Assembly: GCA_036279355.1 (NCBI GenBank)
Contig: DASUJH010000024.1
Coordinates: forward strand, 67,375 to 131,374
Source of the DNA: Gemmatimonadales bacterium
GTDB lineage: Bacteria; Gemmatimonadota; Gemmatimonadetes; Gemmatimonadales; GWC2-71-9
Length of the DNA: 64,000 nucleotides
Reading direction: 5' to 3'
Below the pieces are notes generated by a model. The model was given only the letters and a program-made list of their open reading frames with translations. It was not told the origin of the DNA and did no database searches. A program made the translations under genes and the position numbers. Every line of letters begins with the position of its first letter. Within the stretch, counting starts at the first letter, position 1. This document shows, piece by piece, positions 1 through 9,057 of this stretch.

Positions 1-1042
1 CGGCGGCCATCGAGACCACCGCGCCGAGCGAGATGATCCAGCCGACCGTGGTGTAGCCGGCGAGGTTGAGCGCCTCCGCCAGCGGATCGGCCACCGCGAG
101 CTTCTGATACTTCACCATGCCGGTAAGCACCGCGCCGATCACGATGTAGATCACCGTGCACACCGCGAGGCCGCCCAGGATGCCAATCGGCAGGTTGCGC
201 TGCGGATTCTTGGTTTCCTCGGCGGCGGTCGAGATCGCGTCGAATCCGATGTAGGCGAAGAAGACGATCGCCGCGCCCTGGTGGATGCCCCGGAAGCCGT
301 TCGGCGCGAATGGGTGGTAGTTGGCCGGATCGATGTGGGTGAGCCCCGCCACCACGAAGAGCGCGAGCACCAGCAGCTTGATGGTCACCATGATGTTGTT
401 CGCGCGCGCGCTCTCACGTACGCCGCGGAGCAGGAGCCAGGTGATCAGCATGACGATGGCGAACGCGGGCACGTTGAGCAGCACCGGCACGCCGGCCACC
501 CGCGGCGCAGAATAAAGGAGACCGTGCACGGCCGGATCCGGGCTCAGCAGGGCCGTCCGGTATCCGGTCGTGAGCCATACCGGCGGTTGCGCGCCGATGG
601 AGCCGAGCAGGTTGCTGAAATACCCGCCCCAGGAGATGGCCACCGCGACGTTGCCGACCGCGTACTCCAGGATCAGGTCCCACCCGATGATCCACGCCAC
701 CAGCTCGCCCAGCGTGGCATAGGTGTATGCGTACGCGCTCCCCGCCTGCGGAATCATCGCGGCGAGCTCCGCGTAACAGAGCCCGGCGAGGGCGCAGGCA
801 AATCCCAGCAGCACGAACGAGAGCACGAGCGCCGGTCCGGCGCCGACCCGGACGACGTTGCCCGCCGCGTCCAGCTGCCCCGCCGCCGCCGTGCCGATGG
901 CGCTGAAGATGCCCGCGCCGATCACGGCCCCGATCGCGAGCATGATGAGATCGCCCGCCCCGAGCGCGCGCTTGAGCGCGTTCGGGTTGTCGCCCTCAGC
1001 GAGCAGCTGGCTGATCGGCTTTCGCTGGAAGAGTTGGCGCAT
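1..1042 (-). CDS. APC-superfamily amino acid permease (N-terminal ~347 codons; gene runs off the left edge)
   Basis: Absent from the ORF track because it is open at the window edge. My reverse-complement translation from the ATG at 1042 reads MRQLFQRKPISQLLAEGDNPNALKRALGAGDLIMLAIGAVIGAGIFSAIGTAAAG...LCYAELAAMIPQAGSAYAYTY, a typical APC/cationic amino acid permease N-terminus. It lies antisense to the artefactual ORF 281..1045+. Confidence 0.8.
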   Translation of the reverse strand, partial: MRQLFQRKPISQLLAEGDNPNALKRALGAGDLIMLAIGAVIGAGIFSAIGTAAAGQLDAAGNVVRVGAGPALVLSFVLLGFACALAGLCYAELAAMIPQAGSAYAYTYATLGELVAWIIGWDLILEYAVGNVAVAISWGGYFSNLLGSIGAQPPVWLTTGYRTALLSPDPAVHGLLYSAPRVAGVPVLLNVPAFAIVMLITWLLLRGVRESARANNIMVTIKLLVLALFVVAGLTHIDPANYHPFAPNGFRGIHQGAAIVFFAYIGFDAISTAAEETKNPQRNLPIGILGGLAVCTVIYIVIGAVLTGMVKYQKLAVADPLAEALNLAGYTTVGWIISLGAVVSMAA

Positions 1043-1872
1043 TAGAAGAAGGACACGGTGATCGTGGTCGAGCCGGGAACCGGCGCGCCCGCCGGAGACC
1101 GGGCGGGCCGGAATCGGTAGTTGCGCATCGTCTCCTCGAACTTTCGGGCAAAGCCGCCGTCACGGATGGCCGGCGTGATGGTCACGCGGTCAACGGCGCC
1201 ATCGGGACCGACGAAGAAGGTGACCTCGACCTGCGTGCCGCGCAACGAGGAGGGTGCATCGGGCGGCGGCAACACGAGTTGTCGCGGCTCCGGCGCCGTG
1301 CCCCGACCGCGTTCGCCCCCGAAGGCCGGCCCCGTTCCCGTCCCCCGCCCTGATCCCTCCGCACTGCCATCCGTCACGCCACCAGCACCGCCGCCTTCAC
1401 CGGGTCTGGTCCCCGACGCGGAGCCCGCCCCGCCGACGCCCGCGACCGGCGGCGCCGTATCGGCCCGCGCGGCCGAATCGACTCGGGAAAATGTGTCGGC
1501 CGTCGCATCGGCGACCGGGACCGGTCGGGGCTCGAGTGTCTTGGGACGCGGCTGCGGCGCGGATCGTTTGAGCGTCGGTGCCGGCCGGGCTCGTGGCGCC
1601 GGGCCGCGGGCCGGAGATAACGAATGCTCGGACGCCGGCGCGCCGTCCGCGGCCGGCCCGCCAATATACGCCATGACGGAGGCGCGGGCACCGCCCGCGC
1701 CCCCGCGCGGCATGCCCGGGATGCCCGGCACACGCGTCCGGACCCATGCGCGCCCCGCGTCTGAGACGAGCACGAGCACAACTGCCGCGTGCAGTGCCAC
1801 GGAGAGCCAGAGGGCTCCCCGATGGCGTTGGCGCGGCGGAAGCCGCATCGACGGCGGGATCGGCGGACGCAT
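1042..1872 (-). CDS. TonB-family energy transducer (second copy)
   Basis: N-terminal TM segment with the S-x3-H motif (LSVALHAAV), a Pro/Ala/Gly-rich spacer, and a C-terminal TonB-type domain (VEVTFFVGPDGAVDRVTI...RFRPA). Last gene of the exbB-exbD run. Its stop overlaps the downstream permease ATG by 1 nt. Confidence 0.8.
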   Translation of the reverse strand: MRPPIPPSMRLPPRQRHRGALWLSVALHAAVVLVLVSDAGRAWVRTRVPGIPGMPRGGAGGARASVMAYIGGPAADGAPASEHSLSPARGPAPRARPAPTLKRSAPQPRPKTLEPRPVPVADATADTFSRVDSAARADTAPPVAGVGGAGSASGTRPGEGGGAGGVTDGSAEGSGRGTGTGPAFGGERGRGTAPEPRQLVLPPPDAPSSLRGTQVEVTFFVGPDGAVDRVTITPAIRDGGFARKFEETMRNYRFRPARSPAGAPVPGSTTITVSFF

Positions 1873-1907
1873 CTCCGGTCGTACGGGCCGCGCCCCGCGC
1901 GGCCGCC

Positions 1908-2321
1908 TTACCGGTTCGCTTCCCTCGGCGTGAAGCCGATGATCTGGACCCCGGCGCCCCGTGCGATGTCCATTGCCTCGATGACGTCCTGATAGATCCG
2001 GTTGGGACCGGCCTGGATGAACAGCAGCTTGGCCGGGCGATTGTCGAACACCGCGTGGATCTGCGCCTCGAGCTGACTCTTCGGCACCGGCTGCGAGTTG
2101 ATGGCGTAGCTACCGTCGTTGGCCAGTTGCAGCACGATCTGGTTGCTCGCCGACGTGCTCGCGGTCGTCGAATTGGGCGGCGGCACCTGGACGTCGATGG
2201 CCTTCCGCCCGAGGGGCTGGGTGATCATGAAAATGATCAGCAGCACGAGGAGCACGTCGATCATCGGCGTGACGTTGATGTCCGACTGCACCGCCGCCGA
2301 CGATCCTGTGGTCATCGCCAT
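1908..2321 (-). CDS. exbD: ExbD/TolR biopolymer transport protein
   Basis: DINVTPMIDVLLVLLIIFMI N-terminal TM signature; 137 aa; adjacent to a second exbD and to exbB. Confidence 0.9.
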   Translation of the reverse strand: MAMTTGSSAAVQSDINVTPMIDVLLVLLIIFMITQPLGRKAIDVQVPPPNSTTASTSASNQIVLQLANDGSYAINSQPVPKSQLEAQIHAVFDNRPAKLLFIQAGPNRIYQDVIEAMDIARGAGVQIIGFTPREANR

Positions 2322-2322
2322 G

Positions 2323-2790
2323 TCACTTCTTCTCCTTGTCGTGCGACAGATCGCCGAACATCCCGCCCTTGACCGGCTCCGTAATGGCCGACATCACGCG
2401 CACCCCGGCCTGCCGGGCGGTCTCGACCGCGTCCTGGATCCGGCTGTACTTGAGGTGGTTGTCCGCCTTGAAGTAAAGAATCTTGTCTTCCGACCGGCTG
2501 GCATAGATCGACCGGAGCTGGTCGGCGAGAGCAGCGTCCGGCAGCGGCCGCCCATTGAGGAAGTACTGGCCGCTCTCGTCGATGCCGAGCACCACCTCGT
2601 TGTCGCCCTCGGGGCGCGAGTCCAGGTTCTTGCCCTTGGGAAGCGTCGCCTTGAAGCCAGCGGCGATAAGGGGCGTCACGATCATGAAGATGATCAGGAG
2701 CACCAGCATGACGTCGATCATCGGCGTCACGTTGATGTCCGACTTGACCGACGTGACGCCGGCGCTAGGACTACTGGTGGATATGGCCAC
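2323..2790 (-). CDS. exbD: ExbD/TolR biopolymer transport protein
   Basis: SDINVTPMIDVMLVLLIIFMIV signature; 155 aa; start overlaps the exbB 3' end by 20 nt. Confidence 0.9.
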   Translation of the reverse strand: MAISTSSPSAGVTSVKSDINVTPMIDVMLVLLIIFMIVTPLIAAGFKATLPKGKNLDSRPEGDNEVVLGIDESGQYFLNGRPLPDAALADQLRSIYASRSEDKILYFKADNHLKYSRIQDAVETARQAGVRVMSAITEPVKGGMFGDLSHDKEKK

Positions 2791-3520
2791 TGCCGCTCAC
2801 CGCCTTCTGCGCCTGGAACTCCTTGGTGAAGATCGAACGCCCGAACTCGCTCCCGACGCTCTTGATGAGGTAGTCGATGAGCTCCTTCGACGTGTAGGTC
2901 ATCTCGACCGTGAGGTTCTCGATCTTGGTCGTGAAGTAGTTGTAGGCCCAGACCGCCGGGATGGCGACGATGAGGCCGAACGCGGTGGTGATCAGCGCCT
3001 CCGCGATACCGGCCGAGATCGCCGCCAGGCCGCCCGACGCGCCCTGCTGTGCCATGCCCACGAACGCGGTCACGATGCCCATGACCGTGCCAAGCAGACC
3101 GACGAACGGCGCGGTCGAGCCGACCGTGCCGAGCACCCCGAGACCGCGCTTGAAGTCGGCGAGCGTAATGAGCATCTGGCGCTCCACCGCGCGCTCGGCC
3201 GAATTGATGTCGGCCGCGGTGATGGTCGCGCGGTCGCGCAGGAGCGGCTTTACCTCGGCCAGCGCTTCGCCGAGCACCCGGGACACGTGGCTCCGCTTGT
3301 TCCGTTCCGCCAGCGTGATCGCCTGATCGAGGTTCTCCTCCTGGATCGCGCGGGAGAACTGTGGTGCAAAGCGGCGCGTCTCTGACTCGCTGCGCTTCAC
3401 CTGGATCAGCTTCGTGATCACGATGCTGAGCGAGTAGATCGACATGATCGCCATCACGAAGACGATGCCCTTGGCGAAGGGGCCCATCGTGTGCCACAGG
3501 TTCAAGAGATCGAGATTCAT
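2771..3520 (-). CDS. exbB: ExbB/MotA/TolQ proton channel
   Basis: 249 aa with three TM segments. The C-terminal block GLLGTVMGIVTAF...GGLAAISAGIAEALITTAFGLIVAIPA is typical of the MotA/TolQ/ExbB family. Confidence 0.9.
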   Translation of the reverse strand: MNLDLLNLWHTMGPFAKGIVFVMAIMSIYSLSIVITKLIQVKRSESETRRFAPQFSRAIQEENLDQAITLAERNKRSHVSRVLGEALAEVKPLLRDRATITAADINSAERAVERQMLITLADFKRGLGVLGTVGSTAPFVGLLGTVMGIVTAFVGMAQQGASGGLAAISAGIAEALITTAFGLIVAIPAVWAYNYFTTKIENLTVEMTYTSKELIDYLIKSVGSEFGRSIFTKEFQAQKAVSGSGHIHQ

Positions 3521-3577
3521 GTTATGTGCGTCTCCTCGGACGACGTGTGCGCGAGCGTTTACTCGCGGCCTGCGTGA

Positions 3578-4285
3578 CTATTGACCGACCTTGAACGACA
3601 TCGCCTGCTGCACCAGTTGCCGCACCGGCCTTCCGTGAAACCGGGCCGGCTTGAACACCGATTTCATGATGGCCTCCTTGGCCGGCTCCTCGAAGGCCTT
3701 ATTGGTGGACGAGACCACCTTGAACGACGGCGGTTCGGCGTGACCCGTCGTGTCCACGATGTACTGTACGACAACCCGACCCGCCACCCCCGCGCTCTGG
3801 AGCACGGGCGGATAGCGCGGCAGCGGCTGCGAGATCGGTTGCGCCGGATCATCGAGCTGCGCCTCGGTGAACACTTCGGCCTTCACGTCGACCGGGCCCG
3901 TACCGCCCGCCACGCCGGTCGCGATGCCCCCCTCGATGCCCTTGCCGGTGAAATCCTTGGGGTCGAACGCCTTCTGCTTCAGGTCCACCGGCGGGATCAC
4001 CTTGGGAATCTCGGTCGGCGGCACGACGGTCTGGAATCCCTTCGGCGGGGGATTCACGGTCACGACCTGTTCCGGTGGCGGCTGCTCGGGCGGCGGCGGC
4101 GGGGGTGGCGGAGGCTTGAGGAACACCATCGTGGTGTCCACCGGCTTGTCCTTGATGGTCTCGGCCACGCCTTGCGTGGCTTTGACGGCGAGAAAGATCA
4201 GCGCGCCATGCACGGCCAGGGAGAGCACCGTCTGGCCGAACGACCGCTGCCTTTTCGCCTTTGACTCGAGCAGGTTTTCGAACAC
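3578..4285 (-). CDS. tonB: TonB-family energy transducer (first copy)
   Basis: TM segment with S-x3-H (LSLAVHGAL), a poly-Pro spacer (KPPPPPPPPPEQPPPEQ), and a C-terminal TonB domain (GRVVVQYIVDTTGH...FKPA). I place the start at the GTG at 4285, preceded by GGGAGG, rather than at the track start 4330. Confidence 0.8.
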   Translation of the reverse strand: MFENLLESKAKRQRSFGQTVLSLAVHGALIFLAVKATQGVAETIKDKPVDTTMVFLKPPPPPPPPPEQPPPEQVVTVNPPPKGFQTVVPPTEIPKVIPPVDLKQKAFDPKDFTGKGIEGGIATGVAGGTGPVDVKAEVFTEAQLDDPAQPISQPLPRYPPVLQSAGVAGRVVVQYIVDTTGHAEPPSFKVVSSTNKAFEEPAKEAIMKSVFKPARFHGRPVRQLVQQAMSFKVGQ

Positions 4286-4381
4286 GCAACGACCTCCCTG
4301 GGTGGGAACTCGACGGCGAGAAGCTAGCACCGCCCGATGGCGGGGTCGTTGATCGAAGATGACAATTCGGTGACAACGGGA

Positions 4382-4891
4382 TTAGCGCTTACGAATGCGT
4401 GCCGTGCGGGCCGGTGCGTGACCGCTGCTGCCGTGCGTCGCGAGGTGGTGCATCACCTGATCGAGCAGATCGACCGCACGCGCCAGCGTGGCACGATCCG
4501 GGTCGCCGAGGGTCCGCAGCTCGCCCGCGAGCAACGCGATGCGCCGTGCCCGCCCGCGCTGGAGGAGGCGCCGGCCGCGCGCCGTGGCCCTGAGGCGGAT
4601 GGCACGCCGGTCGTGCGGGTCGGGCTGCCGCGCCACCAGGCCCTGCTGCTCGAGCGCCTGGACCAGCCGCACCATCGTCGGGGGCCGGACCTGCTCCGCG
4701 TCGGCCAGGGCGCGCAAGGTACAGGGACCGCCGAACACGAGCACCGACAGCGCCGAGAGCCGGGGCGCCGAGAGGCCGGTGGCCGCATCCACCCGCCGGA
4801 GCCCCCGGAGGAGGTGGACCGCGGCCGAGTGCAGCCGGTCGGCAAGGGGGGCGAGGTCGCGGGGGCCGCGGCTTGCGGGCGGCCGCGTCAT
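4382..4891 (-). CDS. MarR-family transcriptional regulator
   Basis: Winged-helix pattern LSAPRLSALSVLVFGGPCTLRALADAEQVRPPTMVRLVQALEQQGLVARQPDPHDRRAIRLRATARG; 169 aa. Confidence 0.85.
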   Translation of the reverse strand: MTRPPASRGPRDLAPLADRLHSAAVHLLRGLRRVDAATGLSAPRLSALSVLVFGGPCTLRALADAEQVRPPTMVRLVQALEQQGLVARQPDPHDRRAIRLRATARGRRLLQRGRARRIALLAGELRTLGDPDRATLARAVDLLDQVMHHLATHGSSGHAPARTARIRKR

Positions 4892-4896
4892 CCAGT

Positions 4897-4923
4897 ATGA
4901 TCGTTAGCACTGCTAACCATCAT
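4897..4923. promoter_or_regulatory. 27-bp near-perfect palindrome (probable MarR operator) in the marR/VOC divergent intergenic region
   Basis: ATGATCGTTAGCA-C-TGCTAACCATCAT (13+1+13 with one mismatch). The core GTTAGCACTGCTAAC at 4903..4917 is perfect. It lies 6-12 bp from the marR ATG (4891) and ~23 bp from the VOC ATG (4946). Confidence 0.5.
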
Positions 4924-4945
4924 TCCCATTCCCCTGGAGGACGCC

Positions 4946-5332
4946 ATGACCGCTGCCGCCCCCGGCCTCGAGCGCGTCGTGCAGCTTGCGCTCACCGTCC
5001 GCGACCTGCCGCGGGCCGTCGCGTTCTATCGCGACGTGCTGGGCCTGCCTTTCCTCTTCGACGCGCCGCCGCAGATGGCGTTCTTCGAGTGCGGCGGCAT
5101 CCGGCTCCTGATCGGCGCGGGACACGCGGGACCTCCCGCGCCGAGCGGCTCCGTCGTCTACTTCGCCACGCACGACATCCAGGCGAGCCACGCGGCGCTC
5201 GCGGCCGCGGGCGTCGCCTTCGCGCAGCCGCCGCAGCGCATCGCCCGGCTCCCGACCTCCGACGTGTGGTTGGCCGAATTCGACGACCCCGACGGCAATC
5301 ATCTCGCGCTCATGAGCGAGGTGCCGCGCTAG
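4946..5332 (+). CDS. Glyoxalase/bleomycin-resistance/dioxygenase (VOC) family protein
   Basis: 128 aa. RVVQLALTVRDLPRAVAFYRDVLGLPF...DPDGNHLALM is a typical VOC fold pattern. Confidence 0.8.
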   Translation: MTAAAPGLERVVQLALTVRDLPRAVAFYRDVLGLPFLFDAPPQMAFFECGGIRLLIGAGHAGPPAPSGSVVYFATHDIQASHAALAAAGVAFAQPPQRIARLPTSDVWLAEFDDPDGNHLALMSEVPR

Positions 5333-6854
5333 CTGCGCCATCGGCGGCGCCCTGCGGCACGGCATCGGGCGCGCCGTCTGCGCGTGCGTCGGCGGCCGGG
5401 GGCACGGCGGGCGCAGCCGAGCCCGCGGCGGGCAGCCGCACCGTGAAGGTCGTCCCGCGCCCCGGCCGGCTCTGCACCGTAATCGCCCCGCCGTGCGCCT
5501 CGGCGATCCACTTCGTGATCGCGAGACCGAGGCCGGTGCCGGCCCGCTCGCCGGTCCGGGAGCGCGCCGGATCGGCCCGCCAGAATCGGTCGAAAATGTG
5601 CGGCAGGTCGCCCGGCGCGATCCCGATGCCGGTGTCCTGCACCACGAGCGTCACGACCCCGTCGGCCTCCGTCAGGCTCAACCCGACCTGGCCGCCGGGT
5701 GGGGTGTACTTGATCGCGTTGGTCACGAGGTTGAGCAGCATCTCCCGGATGCGGTGCCGGTCCATCGGAAGCCGCACCGGCGCCGGCGGCATCCGGGTCG
5801 AGACGACCACCTGCGCGTCTTCGCCCAGCATCCCCGCGGTTTCCGACACGTCGGCCACGACCTCGCGGAGATCGCCTTCCTCCAGGCTGAGCGGTGCGCG
5901 GCCCTCGTCGACGCGAGCGAGGGTGAGCAGGTTGTCGACCATCTCCGTCATCTGATTCAACTGCTCGAGTGTCTCGTCCAGCGACTGCATGACCTCGCGC
6001 GGGGTCTGGGGATGGGTGAGTCCGCGCTCCACACCGGCGCGGAGCACCATGAGCGGCGTTTTGAGCTCGTGGCTCGCGTCGGCGGTGAAACGGCGGAGGC
6101 TCGCGAAGCTCTGCTCCAGCCGCGCGAGCATCCCGTTGATCGTCACCGCGACCCGCGCGACCTCATCGCTTGCCGGCGGCAGCGCCACCCGGCGGTGCAG
6201 GCTGCGGCCGTCGGTAATGGCCTCGACCTCCTCCATGATTCCGAGCAGCGGCTGCACGCTGGTCCGTGCGAGCCAGTAGCCCAGCGCAAGCGACGCCGCC
6301 AGCACGAGCGGCGCGATGAGCAGCATCGACTCGAGCAGCGCACTCGGCCCATACGACGCTTCGGCCGTCGCGGTCGCGACCAGCAGCGCGCCGATGCCGG
6401 GGCCCGCGGAATCCACCCGCACCGCGAGATAGCGAACCGAGCCGAGCGGCGGGTCGAAGTCGATGACTCCGCTCGCGCGCGGGCCGCGGAGCGGCTGCAG
6501 CGGCGCCGAGAGCCGCTCGAATTCGCTGGCGGCGAGGGGGCGGGTGACGCCGGAGAGGCCCACGACGTTGCCCGAAGTGTCGGCCACAATGAGGTAGTCG
6601 CGGAACGCCTCGAGGTAGGCGCTGATGCCGGGGTCGAGCGCGGGGCTCGGGGCGTCGGTCACGAGCCGCCCAAGTACGCGGTACGATTCGACCAGCCAGC
6701 GGGTGGCCACGTCGGCTTCGATCGTGAGCCTGCGGTCCAGCTCGTGCCGGCTCGCCTGCTGGCGCTCGTAGTACAGGGCCGTGCCGAACGCCAGCACGGT
6801 GAGCCCGAGCGCCACCGAGTACCACACCGTGAGGCGGCGGCGGATCGAGCTCAT
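5310..6854 (-). CDS. Membrane sensor histidine kinase (HAMP-HisKA-HATPase)
   Basis: Two TM segments flank a ~150-aa periplasmic domain. H-box FTADASHELKTPL, N-box NLVTNAIKYTP, G-boxes DTGIGI and GTGLGLAI. Stop sits 2 nt from the RR gene. Confidence 0.9.
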   Translation of the reverse strand: MSSIRRRLTVWYSVALGLTVLAFGTALYYERQQASRHELDRRLTIEADVATRWLVESYRVLGRLVTDAPSPALDPGISAYLEAFRDYLIVADTSGNVVGLSGVTRPLAASEFERLSAPLQPLRGPRASGVIDFDPPLGSVRYLAVRVDSAGPGIGALLVATATAEASYGPSALLESMLLIAPLVLAASLALGYWLARTSVQPLLGIMEEVEAITDGRSLHRRVALPPASDEVARVAVTINGMLARLEQSFASLRRFTADASHELKTPLMVLRAGVERGLTHPQTPREVMQSLDETLEQLNQMTEMVDNLLTLARVDEGRAPLSLEEGDLREVVADVSETAGMLGEDAQVVVSTRMPPAPVRLPMDRHRIREMLLNLVTNAIKYTPPGGQVGLSLTEADGVVTLVVQDTGIGIAPGDLPHIFDRFWRADPARSRTGERAGTGLGLAITKWIAEAHGGAITVQSRPGRGTTFTVRLPAAGSAAPAVPPAADARADGAPDAVPQGAADGAASAAPRS

Positions 6855-6855
6855 G

Positions 6856-7524
6856 TCACTCCCTCACCACGTATCCCACTCCGCGCACCGTGTGCACCAG
6901 CTTCTGCGCGTGTCCCGAATCGACCTTCTTCCTGAGCCGGTTGATCACGACGTCGACGATGTTGGTGCCGGGATCGAAGTGGTAGTCCCAGGCGTATTCG
7001 GTGATGAGGGTGCGCGACATGACCCGCCCGGCGTGGCGCATCAGGTACTCGAGCACCGTGTATTCCTTGGGCGTGAGCTCGATCGCATGGCCCGCACGCC
7101 GCACGCCGCGGGTGGCGGTGTCGAGCTCGAGGTCGGCCACCTTGAGCACCGGCGCCTGCAGCTCCTTGGGCCGGCGGCCCAGCGCCTCGACCCGCGCCAG
7201 CAGCTCCTCGAAGGCGAACGGCTTGGTGACGTAGTCGTCCGCGCCCATGCGGAGCGCCTGCACCTTGAAGTCCACCGTATCCTGGGCCGTGAGCACGAGG
7301 ATCGGGGTCGTGATGCCGCGGTCGCGCAGCGTGCGCAGCACCTCGAAGCCGGTCATGCCGGGCAACCGGAGGTCGAGCACCAGCAGGTCATAGTGGCTGC
7401 CTGACGCGAGGCGGAGCCCCTCCATCCCATCGTCGACCAGATCGGCCTGCATCAGGTGCTCCTCGAGCCCACGCTTCACGTACTGGCCAACCGTGCGGTC
7501 GTCCTCGATCACGAGCACCTTCAT
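6856..7524 (-). CDS. OmpR/PhoB-family response regulator
   Basis: MKVLVIEDD...DLLVLDLRLPGMTGFEVL receiver domain plus a winged-helix C-terminus (LTPKEYTVLEYL...VRGVGYVV). The W-D-x-x-F-D-x-x-T-N-x-V-DV block resembles the CusR/CopR subgroup. The true ATG at 7524 overlaps the upstream HK stop (ATGA); the track start 7764 is a spurious extension. Confidence 0.9.
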   Translation of the reverse strand: MKVLVIEDDRTVGQYVKRGLEEHLMQADLVDDGMEGLRLASGSHYDLLVLDLRLPGMTGFEVLRTLRDRGITTPILVLTAQDTVDFKVQALRMGADDYVTKPFAFEELLARVEALGRRPKELQAPVLKVADLELDTATRGVRRAGHAIELTPKEYTVLEYLMRHAGRVMSRTLITEYAWDYHFDPGTNIVDVVINRLRKKVDSGHAQKLVHTVRGVGYVVRE

Positions 7525-9044
7525 GCGCCCGCCGCCGGGAGCACCACCCGAAACGTCGACCCCGCCCCCGGCAGGCTTTCCAACTCGATCCGGCCGCCAT
7601 GCTCGGCGACGATGCCGTAACAGATCGAAAGGCCGAGCCCCGTGCCTTTGCCCGGCGGCTTGGTGGTGTAGAACGGCTCGAAGATCTTCGACTGATCCGC
7701 CCGCGCGATGCCGGGACCCGTATCCATCACTTCGACATATACCTCGGCCGCGCTCGCGCCGCACCCGGTTCGCAAGGTGAGCCGGCCGCCCGCGTCCATC
7801 GCGTCCACCGCATTCAGCATGAGCGCCATCAGCACCTGCGCGAGCTGCTCGGCGTTCGCGCGGGCGGGTGGAAGCGCCGGGTCGAGCTCGCGCGCCACCT
7901 CGAGCTGGCCGAAGCGCGCGTGATGGGTGAGCAGGAAGAGCGTCTCGTCCACCACCGCGTTGAGCACCACCTTCCGCTTCGCACGGCCCTTGGGCCGGCT
8001 GAAGTCGAGCAGTCCGTTCACGATCCGGGTGCAGCGGTCCACCTCGCGATCGATCATGCCGAGATAGTCGCGCACCGCGGGCGCGGCCGCGCCGGCGAAC
8101 TCATCGAGGCGGCCCTCGATTGCGGCGACGCAGGCGCCGATCGTCGCCAGCGGATTGTTGATCTCGTGCATGACGCCCGCGGCGAGCTGACCGATCGCGG
8201 CCAGCTTCTCGTGCTGGAGAATGCGCGCCTGCGTGAGGCGTGCGTCGGTCACGTCCTCGCCGATGGTGATGACGTGGGTGATCGCATCGCCGCCAAGCCG
8301 CATGGGCGTCTTGCTGATGCGATACCAGTGCGTCGCGCCGTCGCGGCTCACCTCCAGCTCTTCCTGCGTGGCCTCGCCCGTCTCGAACACCCGGTCGAAT
8401 TCCGCCCGGAGCACGTCGGCCGGCTGGCGGGTAAGCACGTCGAACACCGGCCGGCCCACGACCACGTCGCGCCGGAGTCCCTGGGTGCCTGTTTCCCTGT
8501 TGCGGTTCCAGATCTGGATTCGGTACTCGCGGTCCACGACGTAGAGACCCACCGGCAGGCTGTCGATGATGAGGCTGATGAAGCGGCGCTGCTCGTCGAT
8601 TTCGCGGGACTGGATCGCGACCTCGTGCGCCAGATCGGCCGAGAGCTCGGTGGCCACGAGCCACGGCGTAAGCAGGTCGGCCAGCACGCCGAGGAGCGCG
8701 CCGTCGGGCGGCGGGCCGGCAAACCGGGCCTCCAGGATTCCGACTTGCTCGCCATCCTGCGCGAGCGGAACCCGTATCGTCTGCGGACCCGCGGCAGGGA
8801 GCCGCGCGAGTGACTCGACGGGGCCATCCGCCAGGCCGGCGTCCAGCGCTTCGGCCGGGCTCCGGGTCGGCGACGCGATCGGCCGGAACCGCGTGCCGCC
8901 AGGCTCTCGCACCCACAGCGCGGCCGTGCGCGCGCCAAGGCCGCCCCGCATCCGCTCGGTGAGGGCGCGTGCCGTTGCCTCGAACCCGAGCCCCGCGTTG
9001 AGGAGCTTGCCGACGTCCCGCAGCAGCTCGAGCTCGGTGCTCAC
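7521..9044 (-). CDS. Cytoplasmic GAF/PAS sensor histidine kinase
   Basis: No TM segment. N-terminal GAF-like region, a PAS block (IIDSLPVGLYVVDREYRIQIWN), H-box GVMHEINNPLATI, and HATPase motifs DTGPGI and GTGLGLSI. Confidence 0.9.
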   Translation of the reverse strand: MSTELELLRDVGKLLNAGLGFEATARALTERMRGGLGARTAALWVREPGGTRFRPIASPTRSPAEALDAGLADGPVESLARLPAAGPQTIRVPLAQDGEQVGILEARFAGPPPDGALLGVLADLLTPWLVATELSADLAHEVAIQSREIDEQRRFISLIIDSLPVGLYVVDREYRIQIWNRNRETGTQGLRRDVVVGRPVFDVLTRQPADVLRAEFDRVFETGEATQEELEVSRDGATHWYRISKTPMRLGGDAITHVITIGEDVTDARLTQARILQHEKLAAIGQLAAGVMHEINNPLATIGACVAAIEGRLDEFAGAAAPAVRDYLGMIDREVDRCTRIVNGLLDFSRPKGRAKRKVVLNAVVDETLFLLTHHARFGQLEVARELDPALPPARANAEQLAQVLMALMLNAVDAMDAGGRLTLRTGCGASAAEVYVEVMDTGPGIARADQSKIFEPFYTTKPPGKGTGLGLSICYGIVAEHGGRIELESLPGAGSTFRVVLPAAGA

Positions 9045-9057
9045 GGCAGGCGCTGCC

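Noticed and set aside
281-1045. 254-aa plus-strand ORF at the left edge.
   Set aside because: It is antisense to the edge-truncated APC permease, whose translation is unmistakable. The plus-strand product is R/E/H/D-rich nonsense.
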